NCBI RefSeq assembly: GCF_900095195.1
Contig: NZ_LT606950.1
Span: 426,164 to 458,163, forward strand
Origin: Polynucleobacter necessarius
Lineage (GTDB): Bacteria > Pseudomonadota > Gammaproteobacteria > Burkholderiales > Burkholderiaceae
Direction: 5' to 3'
DNA length: 32,000 nucleotides
A program made the translations under genes and the position numbers. The notes below the pieces were generated by a model. That model searched no databases, was not told the DNA's origin, and worked only from the letters and a program-made list of their open reading frames with translations. This document shows, piece after piece, positions 9,797-19,177 of the stretch; position 1 is the first letter of the stretch, and the number at the start of each line of letters is the position of its first letter.

Positions 9797-10372
9797 CTAA
9801 GCTACCGAGTACGTTAGTAGAGCAGGCAAGAAAATCTCATTGACTAGGATGGGGTGCCCCTTTAGGCGATAGAGGGTTCGACGAGCCCATAACGGTGATG
9901 GTAGGCATTCACACTGTTTAGAACACTTTTTCCATAATGCACTGCTTTTATCCAAGCGCGATATGTATGTCGCGCGGTGGTTTTGCTTTTGAATGCATGC
10001 GTGATTTCGCAAAGAGTACAGCACCCAAGGGTTTTGTGCCAAGGCGCAGGATGGAATGATTGCTGCCACTTGAGCTGAGTGTCGGTATTACGCTGTGCGC
10101 CATAACTAAGGCACACCATCGGCGCAAAGCAATACTTCCCGAATGCGACACCGTCGAATCTGAAAACGAAAATAGCGACTTTCATCTCTATTTAACGTTT
10201 GAGGGCAGTCGCGCAAAACCTGTACTTGCAGTTTTTGACCAATCGCTTTCTCAATTTTTTGCGTGAGTGATCCAGTATCAATCAGCCATGGTTGCCACTC
10301 ACGTGGTGCCCGATGAATTCCACCGGAACCGACTCGATTCCATGCAGAACGGAGACGATTACGGTGAATCAT
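9797..10372 (-). pseudogene. ubiC: Chorismate pyruvate-lyase (UbiC), disrupted by two frameshifts
   Basis: UbiC-like segments lie in three reading-frame pieces. These are WLIDTGSLTQKIE...IREVLLCADGVP (stop at 10106-10108), then LVMAHSVIPT...LGTKPLGAVLF...RDIHIALG (stop at 9948-9950), then LWARRTLYRLKGHPILVNEIFLP. The frame switches occur at a T-run (~10108) and an A-run (~9946-9949). Confidence 0.75.
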
Positions 10373-10374
10373 TT

Positions 10375-11829
10375 TTAGTTGCCACTAAAGTTGCGACGTT
10401 GGCCGCCAGGCCTCGGTTTTGCGAATCGCGGACCTGCTGGGCGCTTTGGGTGTGAATCCGCAGAACGGGCAGGGCGAGAATCTGCAGAGCGAGCTGGACG
10501 AGAATCGCCAGAACGATTGCCACCCGAATTGCCGCCACCAAAGCGAGATTCAGAGCGTGCACCGGAGCCGTAGCGGCCACTACCGCCACCACCAGAACGG
10601 CTTCCAGAGTGGCCACCAGGGCGTCCACCACCAAAGTTTGGTTTGACTTGTGGTTCAAGGCCGGCAATCACCGAAACGACAATATTTTGTTGCGTGAAGC
10701 GCTCAATATTGCGAATCTTGGCGCGATCGCGGTGTCCCACTAGGGTAATTGCAACGCCATTGCGACCAGCACGACCGGTACGACCAATGCGGTGTGTGTA
10801 GTCTTCTGGTTTCATGGGCAAGCCAAAATTAATCACGTGACTAATGCGGGGCACATCAATACCGCGAGCAGCGACATCGGTGGCCACCAAAATCTTGGTG
10901 TGACCTTTGCGTAAAGACTCTAGACGACGCATGCGTACTGCTTGAGGCATAGCGCCATGTAATGCGGTAGCTTCATAGCCGTTTGCACGCAAGGTATCTG
11001 CAATCTTTTCACTTTCCACTTGGGTGCTGGCAAAGACAACCGCTTGATCCAACGAGGCGTCCGCCAAAATGTGCTCCAGCAATTTGTGCTTATGAGACAT
11101 GCTATCAGCCCAGTGAAGCTTTTGCTCGATATTGGCATGCTTTTCACCGGCGTGAGTAAGCTCAATACGCTTTGCATCGGTAGTTAATTCGTTGGCCAAG
11201 GCCATAATGCTGGGTGCGAAGGTCGCAGAGAACATCAAGGTTTGCTGGCGATTTGCGCAACGCTTATCAATCGTTTCTAGGTCTTCCGAAAATCCCATAT
11301 CGAGCATGCGATCAGCTTCATCAATGACTAATTGTTGAACGTCGTCAAGGCGAATGGCTTTGCTATCACAGAGGTCTAATAAGCGACCTGGTGTGGCGAC
11401 AACCAGCAATGCACCTTTAAGTGCTTGAATTTGTTTGCCGTAGGGCATGCCACCCATCACAGTGGCAATGCGAATCCCTTTGACACCGCGAACAAAGTTG
11501 ACGGCATCAGCTGCAACCTGTTGGGCTAACTCGCGCGTAGGGCAGAGCACCAATACTTTGGGTTGTGCGCGACCTGGTACAGGCGAGTTGTTTGGGTTGC
11601 TCTCGATCAATTGGTTAATCAACGGCAATAAAAACGCTGCGGTCTTACCGCTACCGGTTTGACTGCTGACCAATAGGTCTCCGCCAGCAGTGGCTGCAGG
11701 AATAACCTGAGCTTGCACTGGTGTTGCTTGGGTAAATCCCAATTCAGCAATGTTTTTAAGTAGTGGTGCCGCGATGGCGAAGTTCTGGAATTCCGATCCA
11801 GTATGTTTTGTTTCTTTAGAAAAAGTCAT
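10375..11829 (-). CDS. rhlE: ATP-dependent DEAD-box RNA helicase (RhlE-like) with a Gly/Arg/Ser-rich C-terminal tail
   Basis: The Q-motif (GFTQATPVQ), motif I (SQTGSGKT), PTRELA, DEAD (VIDEADRMLDMGF), SAT and HRIGRTGRAG are present. The likely start is the ATG at 11827-11829 (MTFSKE...). Confidence 0.9.
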   Translation of the reverse strand: MTFSKETKHTGSEFQNFAIAAPLLKNIAELGFTQATPVQAQVIPAATAGGDLLVSSQTGSGKTAAFLLPLINQLIESNPNNSPVPGRAQPKVLVLCPTRELAQQVAADAVNFVRGVKGIRIATVMGGMPYGKQIQALKGALLVVATPGRLLDLCDSKAIRLDDVQQLVIDEADRMLDMGFSEDLETIDKRCANRQQTLMFSATFAPSIMALANELTTDAKRIELTHAGEKHANIEQKLHWADSMSHKHKLLEHILADASLDQAVVFASTQVESEKIADTLRANGYEATALHGAMPQAVRMRRLESLRKGHTKILVATDVAARGIDVPRISHVINFGLPMKPEDYTHRIGRTGRAGRNGVAITLVGHRDRAKIRNIERFTQQNIVVSVIAGLEPQVKPNFGGGRPGGHSGSRSGGGGSGRYGSGARSESRFGGGNSGGNRSGDSRPARSADSRPARSADSHPKRPAGPRFAKPRPGGQRRNFSGN

Positions 11830-12082
11830 GCTATTACCCACCCCATTTATGGGGCGTCTCCGTATGTTGCACCAAAGGTTTTATTGGATGCGATGGTCAA
11901 AGGCATCGACCATCAGACAAGCGGCAGCGCGTTTATGTTGTTTGTTTAGAAGTTGTATGACTTCAAAACGATGCGCTGAAATAGAGCTGGGGGCGATGAA
12001 TAAAATTGCTTAAAAAGCTTCTCATTATGACAGTTTGAGAGTGCGATTACAAGGGTTTTCCCGAATTAATTAAGATATCGAG

Positions 12083-12775
12083 ATGGATTGGACTGCTTTT
12101 AGCCTGTTATCCCCCGCAAATGCTGGAATCGTCGACTTCTCAAGTTACTTGCTTTGGACGCTATTCATCATATTGTTGCCTGGACCAAATTCACTTTATG
12201 TCCTGAGCGTTTCTACGCAACAGGGTTGGCGCTCGGGAGTGTGGGGTGCAATCGGAATATTTATGGGTGATACGGTGTTAATGCTTGCAGTAGCTCTAGG
12301 CGCTGCATTGCTATTAATCTCATCGCTTTTGCTCTTTCAATTGGTTCGAATTGCTGGAGTATTTTATTTAGCCTGGATGGGTATTGGCTTATTGCGCAGT
12401 GGTCTGCATCGTTGGTCACAACAATCTTCTTCATGACACAACAGCGTATCGGATGTTTCTGCGCGTCTCATGCAATTGCACCCACTGATTGCAGCGCTTT
12501 CACTTTCGCTAACCAACCCCAAGGCAATCCTTTTCTTTATTGCTTTCTTCTCGCAATTTATCCGCCCTGATTTTCCAAATCCGGGGCTAACGTTTATTTA
12601 CCTTGCGGTCGTATTGCAAATGATGAGCATGGCTTATCTAGGCGCATTAATTTTCATTGGCCAAAGTTGCTCGAGATACTTTGTTAGTCACCCGAGGCTC
12701 TCAGGGAGTCTTTAGGTTCTGACGGGCTTGCTGTTTATGGGTTTTTCTATCCGCTTGCTAATGACGCAGATGTAA
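12083..12775 (+). pseudogene. LysE/RhtB-family amino-acid exporter interrupted by two in-frame stop codons
   Basis: A single reading frame encodes LysE-like helices (LLPGPNSLYVLS, LTNPKAILFFIAFFSQF, VLTGLLFMGFSIRLL). It contains a TGA at 12434-12436 and a TAG at 12713-12715. The natural stop is at 12773-12775. Confidence 0.75.
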
Positions 12776-14277
12776 TGCGTTATCAGAGATAGCGCAAAAG
12801 CCATTCCACTTTTTTCCGTAGGGCGGCCGAACCATCTTGGTACCCTTGAATAGATTGAGGCCTAAGAAACCCTGAACCTCGAGAACAGACTTTTGATGGC
12901 TGAAGGTATCAAACCCCTCTTTGCCGTGATATTTTCCGATACCGCTGGCGCCTACTCCCCCAAACGGTAGATCATTAATTGTGATGTGCAGCAGAGTGTC
13001 GTTAATGGTGACGCCGCCAGAGTGAGTTTCGTTCAGCACCTTTCTAAGGTTGACTTTATTCTTGCCAAACCAATAGAGGGCGAGAGGGTGAGAACGCTCA
13101 TTAACAAACTGGATCGCAGCCGCAGTATCTTTGACGGTCAAGATTGGCAGAATGGGGCCAAAAATTTCTTCTTGTAGAATTAATGAGTCAGGTTGAACAT
13201 TGGTAATTACTATTGGCTCGAAACGGCGTGCACCTGCCCTGGGATTGTTGAGTAATGGGATTCGCTTTGCACCACGATCGAGTGTATCGATCACTAAATG
13301 ATTCCAATAGTGAAGCTGCCGTTCATCGGTTGGACCCGTTAGCTCTTCTGGATTGCTGAATTGAGTTTGTGCAGCGTGTTGGAGTTCTTTAATGAATGCC
13401 TCTTCTTGGCTAGATTCAATCAACACATAGTCTTGGGCAATACAGGCTTGTCCACCATACAGGCTTGTCCACCATACAGGCTTGTCCACCATACAGGCTT
13501 GTCCACCATACAGGCTTGTCCACCATACAGGCTTGTCCACCATACAGGCTTGTCCACCATTGAGTAGCTTTCCATAAATAATGGCTTGGGCTGCATCTTT
13601 TAGTTTTGCCGACGAGTCAATGATGACTGGCGTTGTGCCACCAAACTCTAATGTGATGGGGGTGAGATTTTCTGCTGCTGCGCACATCATTTTTTGCCAA
13701 TCGCGCCCGATCCGGCGAAGAATAGGTGGTCAAAGGGTAGAGCAGAGAATTGTTCCGCAACATCGGGACCACCCGGACTGACACAGAATTCTGAAGGATG
13801 AAAATACTCCTGAATTAACGAAGCTAAAAATCCTGAAGTGCGTGAACTGCGTTCAGAGGGTTTGAGCCACACCCGATTGCCGGCTGCAAACGCAGCAATA
13901 GCGGGAACCAGTGCCAATTGGACTGGATAATTCCACGGGCTCAAAATTCCTACAACCCCTAACGGTTGACTTTGAACCCAGGCTTGCGAACTTCCAAGAT
14001 GAATGGGAACGTCTCGCTATGAAGGTTTCATCCACTCTTTCAGATGCTTGCGGGTGTACTGACATGCTTGATAAATCATCTGGCATTCTGCAAGACGGGT
14101 CTCGATTGGATGACGCACGCCAAAATCTGCGGCGAGTGTTTTGCAAAACTTTTCTTCATTGGCCTCCACCATTTTTTCGATGCGGGCAATGCGTTCCAAC
14201 CTTACTTCTAATGTGGGATTTGGTTCGGCAGCGTAGGCAGCCTTGATTTCATCGAATTGAATGGTGAAGCGATTCAT
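12758..14277 (-). pseudogene. NAD(P)-dependent aldehyde dehydrogenase (ALDH3/coniferyl-aldehyde-DH-like) with three independent lesions
   Basis: ALDH motifs are present: PLGVVGILSPWNYP, FAGSGAIGKK, LTPITLEFGG and the catalytic-Cys motif GGQACIAQDYV. The lesions are an in-frame TAG at 14017-14019, a frameshift in the A-run at 13690-13695, and a 102-nt tandem-repeat insertion at the Cys motif. Confidence 0.85.
13442..13560. repeat. Perfect tandem repeat, 17-nt unit x7 (acaggcttgtccaccat)
   Basis: I counted seven contiguous identical units directly in the sequence, at 13442-13458, 13459-13475 and so on to 13544-13560. On the coding (minus) strand the unit is atggtggacaagcctgt, which spans the ALDH GGQAC motif. 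Confidence 0.95.
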
Positions 14278-14326
14278 AACGGAGTGCTTTTCAAAAATGA
14301 TTGCAATAAAGCATTAGGATAAAGCT

Positions 14327-14899
14327 GTGATAGATACTTTTGATAAAAATTCCTCTTCCTTAGAGCGTGCAACCCTTGGTGGCGGGTGTTTTTGGTGTCT
14401 TGAAGCTGTTTATCAACAGATCCATGGGGTCAGTAGCGTGGTCTCTGGCTATGCAGGCGGTGAGTCTCCAAATCCAAGTTATGAAACTGTTTGCACTGGA
14501 ACCACAGGGCACGCTGAGATCGTGGATATCGAATTTGATCCACAGATCATTTCGTTTCGGGACTTACTGGAAATTTTCTTTGTAATTCACGATCCAACAA
14601 CATTGAACTACCAGGGACATGATCACGGCACGCAATACCGCTCAGTGAGCTTTACTCACGGTGATGAGCAGAGCAAGATTGCCCATGAAGTGGTATGCGA
14701 ACTCGAAGACTCAAAAATTTACTCAAATCCAGTAGTGACGCAAATTAAAGCGGCGCCTGCAATTTATCCTGCTGAGGACTATCACCAAAATTATTTTCAG
14801 CAGCATCCCAATCAAGGGTATTGTGCGGCTTTGGTTGCACCAAAGTTAGCGAAATTTAGAGCCAAATTCAAATCGCTGATCGCCCCCAAATACGCCTAG
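14327..14899 (+). CDS. msrA: Peptide-methionine (S)-S-oxide reductase MsrA
   Basis: The active-site motif GGGCFWCLEAV is present, with SGYAGG and GHAEIV. The start is GTG, preceded by an AGGA Shine-Dalgarno sequence. Confidence 0.92.
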   Translation: MIDTFDKNSSSLERATLGGGCFWCLEAVYQQIHGVSSVVSGYAGGESPNPSYETVCTGTTGHAEIVDIEFDPQIISFRDLLEIFFVIHDPTTLNYQGHDHGTQYRSVSFTHGDEQSKIAHEVVCELEDSKIYSNPVVTQIKAAPAIYPAEDYHQNYFQQHPNQGYCAALVAPKLAKFRAKFKSLIAPKYA

Positions 14900-14906
14900 G
14901 AGCGCA

Positions 14907-15542
14907 TTACGGTGCGAGTCTACTAATGCCCCAATGTGTACTATTCAGTTTGTAGTGAATGCGATCGTGCAGGCGTGATGGTCTGCCTTGCCAAAATTCG
15001 ATTTTGGTAGGGCGAAGGCGGTAGCCACCCCAATGCGCTGGACGCGGTGGGGTATCGCCAAATTCTGCCTGAAAGCGTTTTTCGGCCTCCTTTAAAAACT
15101 CACGGTTTGGAATGGGGGCGCTTTGGGGAGAGGCCCAAGCGCCAATGCGAGATGCTGGTGGACGAGAGTGGAAGTATTGATCGCTCTCTTCGGGGCTAAC
15201 ACGTTCAACCACCCCCTGGATGCGTACCTGGCGTTCTAATTCATGCCAATGAAAGAGCATGGCCGCTTGCGGGCGAACAGCGAGGTCTTTTCCTTTTTGA
15301 CTCTCGTAATTGGTAAAAAAGGTAAAGCCGTTTTCGTCGGCGCCTTTTAGTAAGACAATACGTGCTGATGGATTGCCAGCCTTATCTGCGGTTGCCAGAG
15401 TCATGGAATTCGGTTCTGGACACTCCGCTTTGACTGCTTGATCAAACCAAAGCTGAAACAGTAGCAAAGGTTGCTGTGGAACTTCGGATTCTGAGAGTTG
15501 CCCGAAGGTGTAGTTTTTGCGAAGTTGAGCAATGGAGTCCAT
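14907..15542 (-). CDS. pdxH: Pyridoxamine 5'-phosphate oxidase
   Basis: 211-aa ORF with RIVLLKG...[27 protein letters not shown] and the C-terminal RLAP. Confidence 0.92.
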   Translation of the reverse strand: MDSIAQLRKNYTFGQLSESEVPQQPLLLFQLWFDQAVKAECPEPNSMTLATADKAGNPSARIVLLKGADENGFTFFTNYESQKGKDLAVRPQAAMLFHWHELERQVRIQGVVERVSPEESDQYFHSRPPASRIGAWASPQSAPIPNREFLKEAEKRFQAEFGDTPPRPAHWGGYRLRPTKIEFWQGRPSRLHDRIHYKLNSTHWGISRLAP

Positions 15543-15564
15543 TTATTCAGTATAAAGAGAAGCT

Positions 15565-16329
15565 ATGGCAGAACACAAGATTGAAGACGGAGACAATGGC
15601 GGGCTAGAGGAGCGTCGTTTTAGGGGCGTTTCTAGGCTCTACGGCTCCGAGTTGCGTGCGCGTTTTCGGAATGCGACTGTCGTGGTCGCGGGCTTGGGTG
15701 GCGTTGGTTCATGGGCGGCAGAGGCGTTGGCTCGCACTGGAATTGGTCATTTGGTGTTAGCGGACTTTGACCACATTGCTGAGAGTAATACCAATCGTCA
15801 GTTGCATGCTATTGAAGGCCAGTTTGGAAAAGCGAAAGTCGAAGCCATGACGCAACGCATACTACAGATTAATCCTGAAATTCAATTCACTGCACATGAT
15901 GAATTTTTGGGGCCGGATAATTTAGATCGCATCATCCCGAGTAATGCCTATGTGCTTGATGCTACGGATTCTGTTCAAACCAAAATTGCACTGTCTGTTT
16001 GGGCAAGACAACACAATCGTGCTTTAGTGATGTGTGGAGCGGCAGGCGGTAAGACTGATCCTACTGCAGTGCGCTGTGCCGATCTGTCACGTACGGAGCA
16101 AGATGCTTTATTGGCAAAAGTCCGCCAAGGCCTCAGGCAAGATCATGGATTTTCGAGAAATCTAAAACACAAAATTGGGATTCGAGCGATTTATTCGCAT
16201 GAGCCACGAGCGGGCGCATCGACTGGGGGTCTAGCCTGCTCGGGCTATGGCTCAACGGTGATGGTGACAGCAGCGTGTGGCCTTGCTGCGGCAGCTGAGA
16301 TTTTGAATTGGATTGGCGAAGATCGGTAA
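15565..16329 (+). CDS. tcdA: tRNA threonylcarbamoyladenosine dehydratase (ThiF/MoeB-fold, TcdA/CsdL type)
   Basis: RFRGVSRLYG, the Rossmann motif VVVAGLGGVGSWAAEALARTGIG, and LADFDHIAESNTNRQ are present. The 254-aa length is typical of TcdA rather than MoeB or ThiF. Confidence 0.8.
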   Translation: MAEHKIEDGDNGGLEERRFRGVSRLYGSELRARFRNATVVVAGLGGVGSWAAEALARTGIGHLVLADFDHIAESNTNRQLHAIEGQFGKAKVEAMTQRILQINPEIQFTAHDEFLGPDNLDRIIPSNAYVLDATDSVQTKIALSVWARQHNRALVMCGAAGGKTDPTAVRCADLSRTEQDALLAKVRQGLRQDHGFSRNLKHKIGIRAIYSHEPRAGASTGGLACSGYGSTVMVTAACGLAAAAEILNWIGEDR

Positions 16330-16614
16330 GACATTTCAGTAGGAATAAATTCCATAAATTGCACCAGAAATTCTTAAGGGGATTCCCTGTAAGAAATTAC
16401 TGATTCTGTTGCAGTCATTGCGGATAAATTCTCAGAATATTTCCTAACTTGTAAGGAGTTGCAGAATTTAACTTCTCCATTTCTATTCTTTTAATCACTT
16501 TAGTTATTTAATGCCCCTAGTGCATTGGAAGAGTCCTCCCTAGACTTTGCCTCGTTGGTAAATCGCCAATGACAAACTGAAAGGAGGTCTCTTTTGTAGA
16601 CTGAACACACTGGC

Positions 16615-17977
16615 TTGAAGCGCCACCTTAAAGCAAGGCATATCCGATTAATGGCCTTGGGTTCAACGATTGGCGTTGGATTATTTCTGGGGTCTGCTAG
16701 CGCCATACAACTAGCTGGACCTTCCATCCTCTTGGGATATTTATTGGCAGGAATCGCGGCATTCATTGTCTTGCGTACCTTGGGTGAAATGGCGGTGCAT
16801 GAACCGGTAGCCGGATCATTTGCTGCTTACGCCAATACCTATATTGGTCCTTGGGCTGGATACATTGTGGGTGGGGGTATTGGACCTATTGGATTGTGGT
16901 TGGCATTGCCGAGGTCACTGCCGTTGGAATTTATATGGGAATTTGGTTTCCCGAAACGCCTCAATGGATTTGGGCGCTGTCATCTATTGTGATGAGGGGA
17001 CTCATTAATCTGATTGCGGTCAAGGTATTTGGTGAGCTTGAGTTTTGGTTTGCACTCATCAAGGTCATCGCCATTATTGCCATGATCACGCTGGGTGGCT
17101 TGGTCATCTTGTTTGTGTTCACAAACAACTGGCAGCCGATTGGTTTAAGTAATCTATGGCAGCATGGCGGATTCTTTCCGAATGGTATGGGTGGCATGCT
17201 GCTCTCGCTACAAATGGTTTTGTTTGCATACGTTGGTATCGAGATGATTGGTTTATCTGCAGGTGAGGCGGAGAATCCCAAGAAAACCATCCCGATGGCA
17301 ATTGATTCATTGGCATGGCGCATTTTGATTTTCTACATGGGCACGATTCTGGTGATCTTGGCCATTTTTCCTTGGAATCAAGTAGGTCAGCAGGGTAGCC
17401 CATTTGTGGTGATGTTTGAGCGCATCGGTTTACGCGAAGCTGCGGGGTTAATTAATTTTGTGGTGATTACTGCAGCCCTATCATCGTGTAACGCGAGCAT
17501 TTTCAGCGGCGGGCGTCTTCTGTATGCCCTGTCCTCAAATGGTTATGCTCCGGCACCATTTGCCAAGTTATCGAAATATGGCGTACCCCATCGAGCTGTG
17601 ATGGCAACCGTCGCTGTTTGTATGCGGGAGTCGTACTCAATTACTTTGTGCCTGATAAAGCTTTTCAATACATCATGGCAGCAGTGACATTTGTTGGGCT
17701 AATGGTTTGGATTGCCATTCTGTTGACCCAAATGCAATTTCGTCGCTCTTTAACCAAGGCGCAAGTTGCGGAACTGGGTTATAGCGCACCCTGGTGGCCT
17801 TATTCCTCGTGGTTTGCTCTGGCATTAATTTTGTTGGTGGTGGTGCTCATGGGTTTTCATGAGGATGCGCGGATGGCCTTGATCTTAGGTCCGTGTTTAT
17901 TGGGGGTGTATCTGGCGATGTTTTATATCGTGGGTTTACACCGTAAAACAAAAACAAGTCGTGAATTTAAATCCTAG
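16615..17977 (+). pseudogene. APC-superfamily amino-acid permease (AroP/CycA-like) with two frameshifts and an uncertain or lost start
   Basis: The family sequence is split over three frames. These are LKARHIRLMALGSTIGVGLFLGS...EPVAGSF...YIGPWAGYIV, then GWGYWTYWIVVGIAEVTAVG...FGELEFWFALIKV...YGVPHRAVMATVAV, then YAGVVLNYFVPDKAF... to the stop. The shifts lie at the G-run ~16869-16871 and at ~17610-17620. There is no in-frame ATG upstream. A strong AAGGAGG at ~16583-16589 is followed by TTG TAG. Confidence 0.85.
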
Positions 17978-17986
17978 GAGATAGTG

Positions 17987-19105
17987 ATGATTATTGGCGC
18001 TCCACAAGAAGTGAAAAATAATGAGTTTCGGGTTGGTCTGACTCCCGGCAATGTCAGGGGTTTATGTCAGCAAGGACACTCCATCTTGATTCAGCGTGGA
18101 GCTGGTGCGCAAATTGGATTGAGTGATGAGTCTTATCGTATGGCTGACGCCACTCTCATTAATAGTGCTGCTGAAGTATTTCAGAAAGCGGAAATGATTG
18201 TGAAAGTGAAAGAGCCTAAGCCACAAGAATGCGCCATGCTACAAGAGGACCAACTGTTATTCACCTACTTGCATCTCGCGCCAGATCCCAAACAAACGGC
18301 AGTTCTTCTTGCTTCAGGCGCAACCTGTATTGCCTATGAGACAGTCACCGCCATGAACGGTGCCCTCCCATTGCTAGCGCCAATGAGTGAAGTGGCGGAG
18401 CGGATGTCCATTCAGGCGGCTGCAGCACATCTGGAAAAAACCAATGGCGGTTTGGGAGTCTTAATGGCAGGTGTACCGGGGGTATCTCCCGCCAAGATCC
18501 TCATTTTGGGCGTGGGAGTGGTGGGTCGTAACGCCTTGCAGATAGCGGTGGGTATGGGTGCAGATGTCTGCATTTTTGATCGGGATATTGATCGTTTGCG
18601 ACAGATTGATCTCTTTTATGGCAATCGTGTTCGGATCTTTTATTCGGACAGTTTATTGGTCGAGTCTGAAATTGGCGAAGCGGGTGTAATGATTGGAGCG
18701 GTACTGTTGCCGGGGGCGGCCGCACCAAAGCTGGTTACAAAAGAGATGGTTAAGAAGATGAAAGCCGGTGCGGCGATTGTAGACGTCGCGATTGATCAGG
18801 GTGGTTGCTTCAAGACATCCAAACCCACGACGCACGCTGATCCAACCTTTTTAGTTGACGGCGTCTTGCACTATTGCGTCGCTAATATGCCGGGAGCGGT
18901 GGCGAGAACGTCTACTTTTGCGCTAACGAATGCAACCTATCCGTATATCGAGGCATTGGCCAATCGTGGTTTCGTGCAAGCGCTATCAACGGATCACCAT
19001 CTGCGAAATGGCCTTAGTATCCATAAAGGCGTTTTAACATTAGAGCCAGTAGCCCAAGCGCAGGGGCTGGAATATGCATTGGCGGAGGATTTGCTGGCAG
19101 CGTAA
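17987..19105 (+). CDS. ald: Alanine dehydrogenase
   Basis: IGAPQEVKNNEFRVGLTP, LFTYLHLA, LPLLAPMSEVA, DVAIDQGGCF and HYCVANMPGAV are present. The length (~372 aa) is as expected for Ald. An AGGAG Shine-Dalgarno sequence lies 7 nt before ATG 17987. Confidence 0.9.
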   Translation: MIIGAPQEVKNNEFRVGLTPGNVRGLCQQGHSILIQRGAGAQIGLSDESYRMADATLINSAAEVFQKAEMIVKVKEPKPQECAMLQEDQLLFTYLHLAPDPKQTAVLLASGATCIAYETVTAMNGALPLLAPMSEVAERMSIQAAAAHLEKTNGGLGVLMAGVPGVSPAKILILGVGVVGRNALQIAVGMGADVCIFDRDIDRLRQIDLFYGNRVRIFYSDSLLVESEIGEAGVMIGAVLLPGAAAPKLVTKEMVKKMKAGAAIVDVAIDQGGCFKTSKPTTHADPTFLVDGVLHYCVANMPGAVARTSTFALTNATYPYIEALANRGFVQALSTDHHLRNGLSIHKGVLTLEPVAQAQGLEYALAEDLLAA

Positions 19106-19177
19106 TGCGATTTATGGAGGCTTGTCACAGTGAGGATATAAACTCACCCCATTGTTAATGTCTTTCTGAATGGCCTC

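Noticed and set aside
10359-10667. Overlapping ORFs on both strands (10359-10667 minus, 10379-10573 plus, 10419-10646 plus) and imperfect ~24-nt periodicity (RPARSADS repeated)
   Set aside because: All of them lie within the GC-rich, low-complexity Gly/Arg/Ser tail of the DEAD-box helicase. Such tails are common in RhlE-type helicases, and the compositional bias keeps the alternative frames open.
13442-13560. Regularly spaced identical 17-nt units that could look like a miniature CRISPR array
   Set aside because: The units are directly contiguous with no spacers. They lie inside an ALDH coding sequence, are far shorter than CRISPR repeats, and no cas genes are nearby. This is a tandem duplication.
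14900-15564. Extremely short intergenic junctions (msrA/pdxH convergent with a 7-nt gap; pdxH/tcdA divergent with 22 nt)
   Set aside because: These reflect general genome compaction. No specific motif or structure is visible in so little sequence.
16342-16353. Small inverted repeats (ggaat-aa-attcc; ggga-t-tccc at ~16378-16386) in the permease upstream region as regulator sites
   Set aside because: These arms are only 4-5 bp, which is expected by chance in 285 bp of AT-rich DNA. No regulator gene is adjacent.
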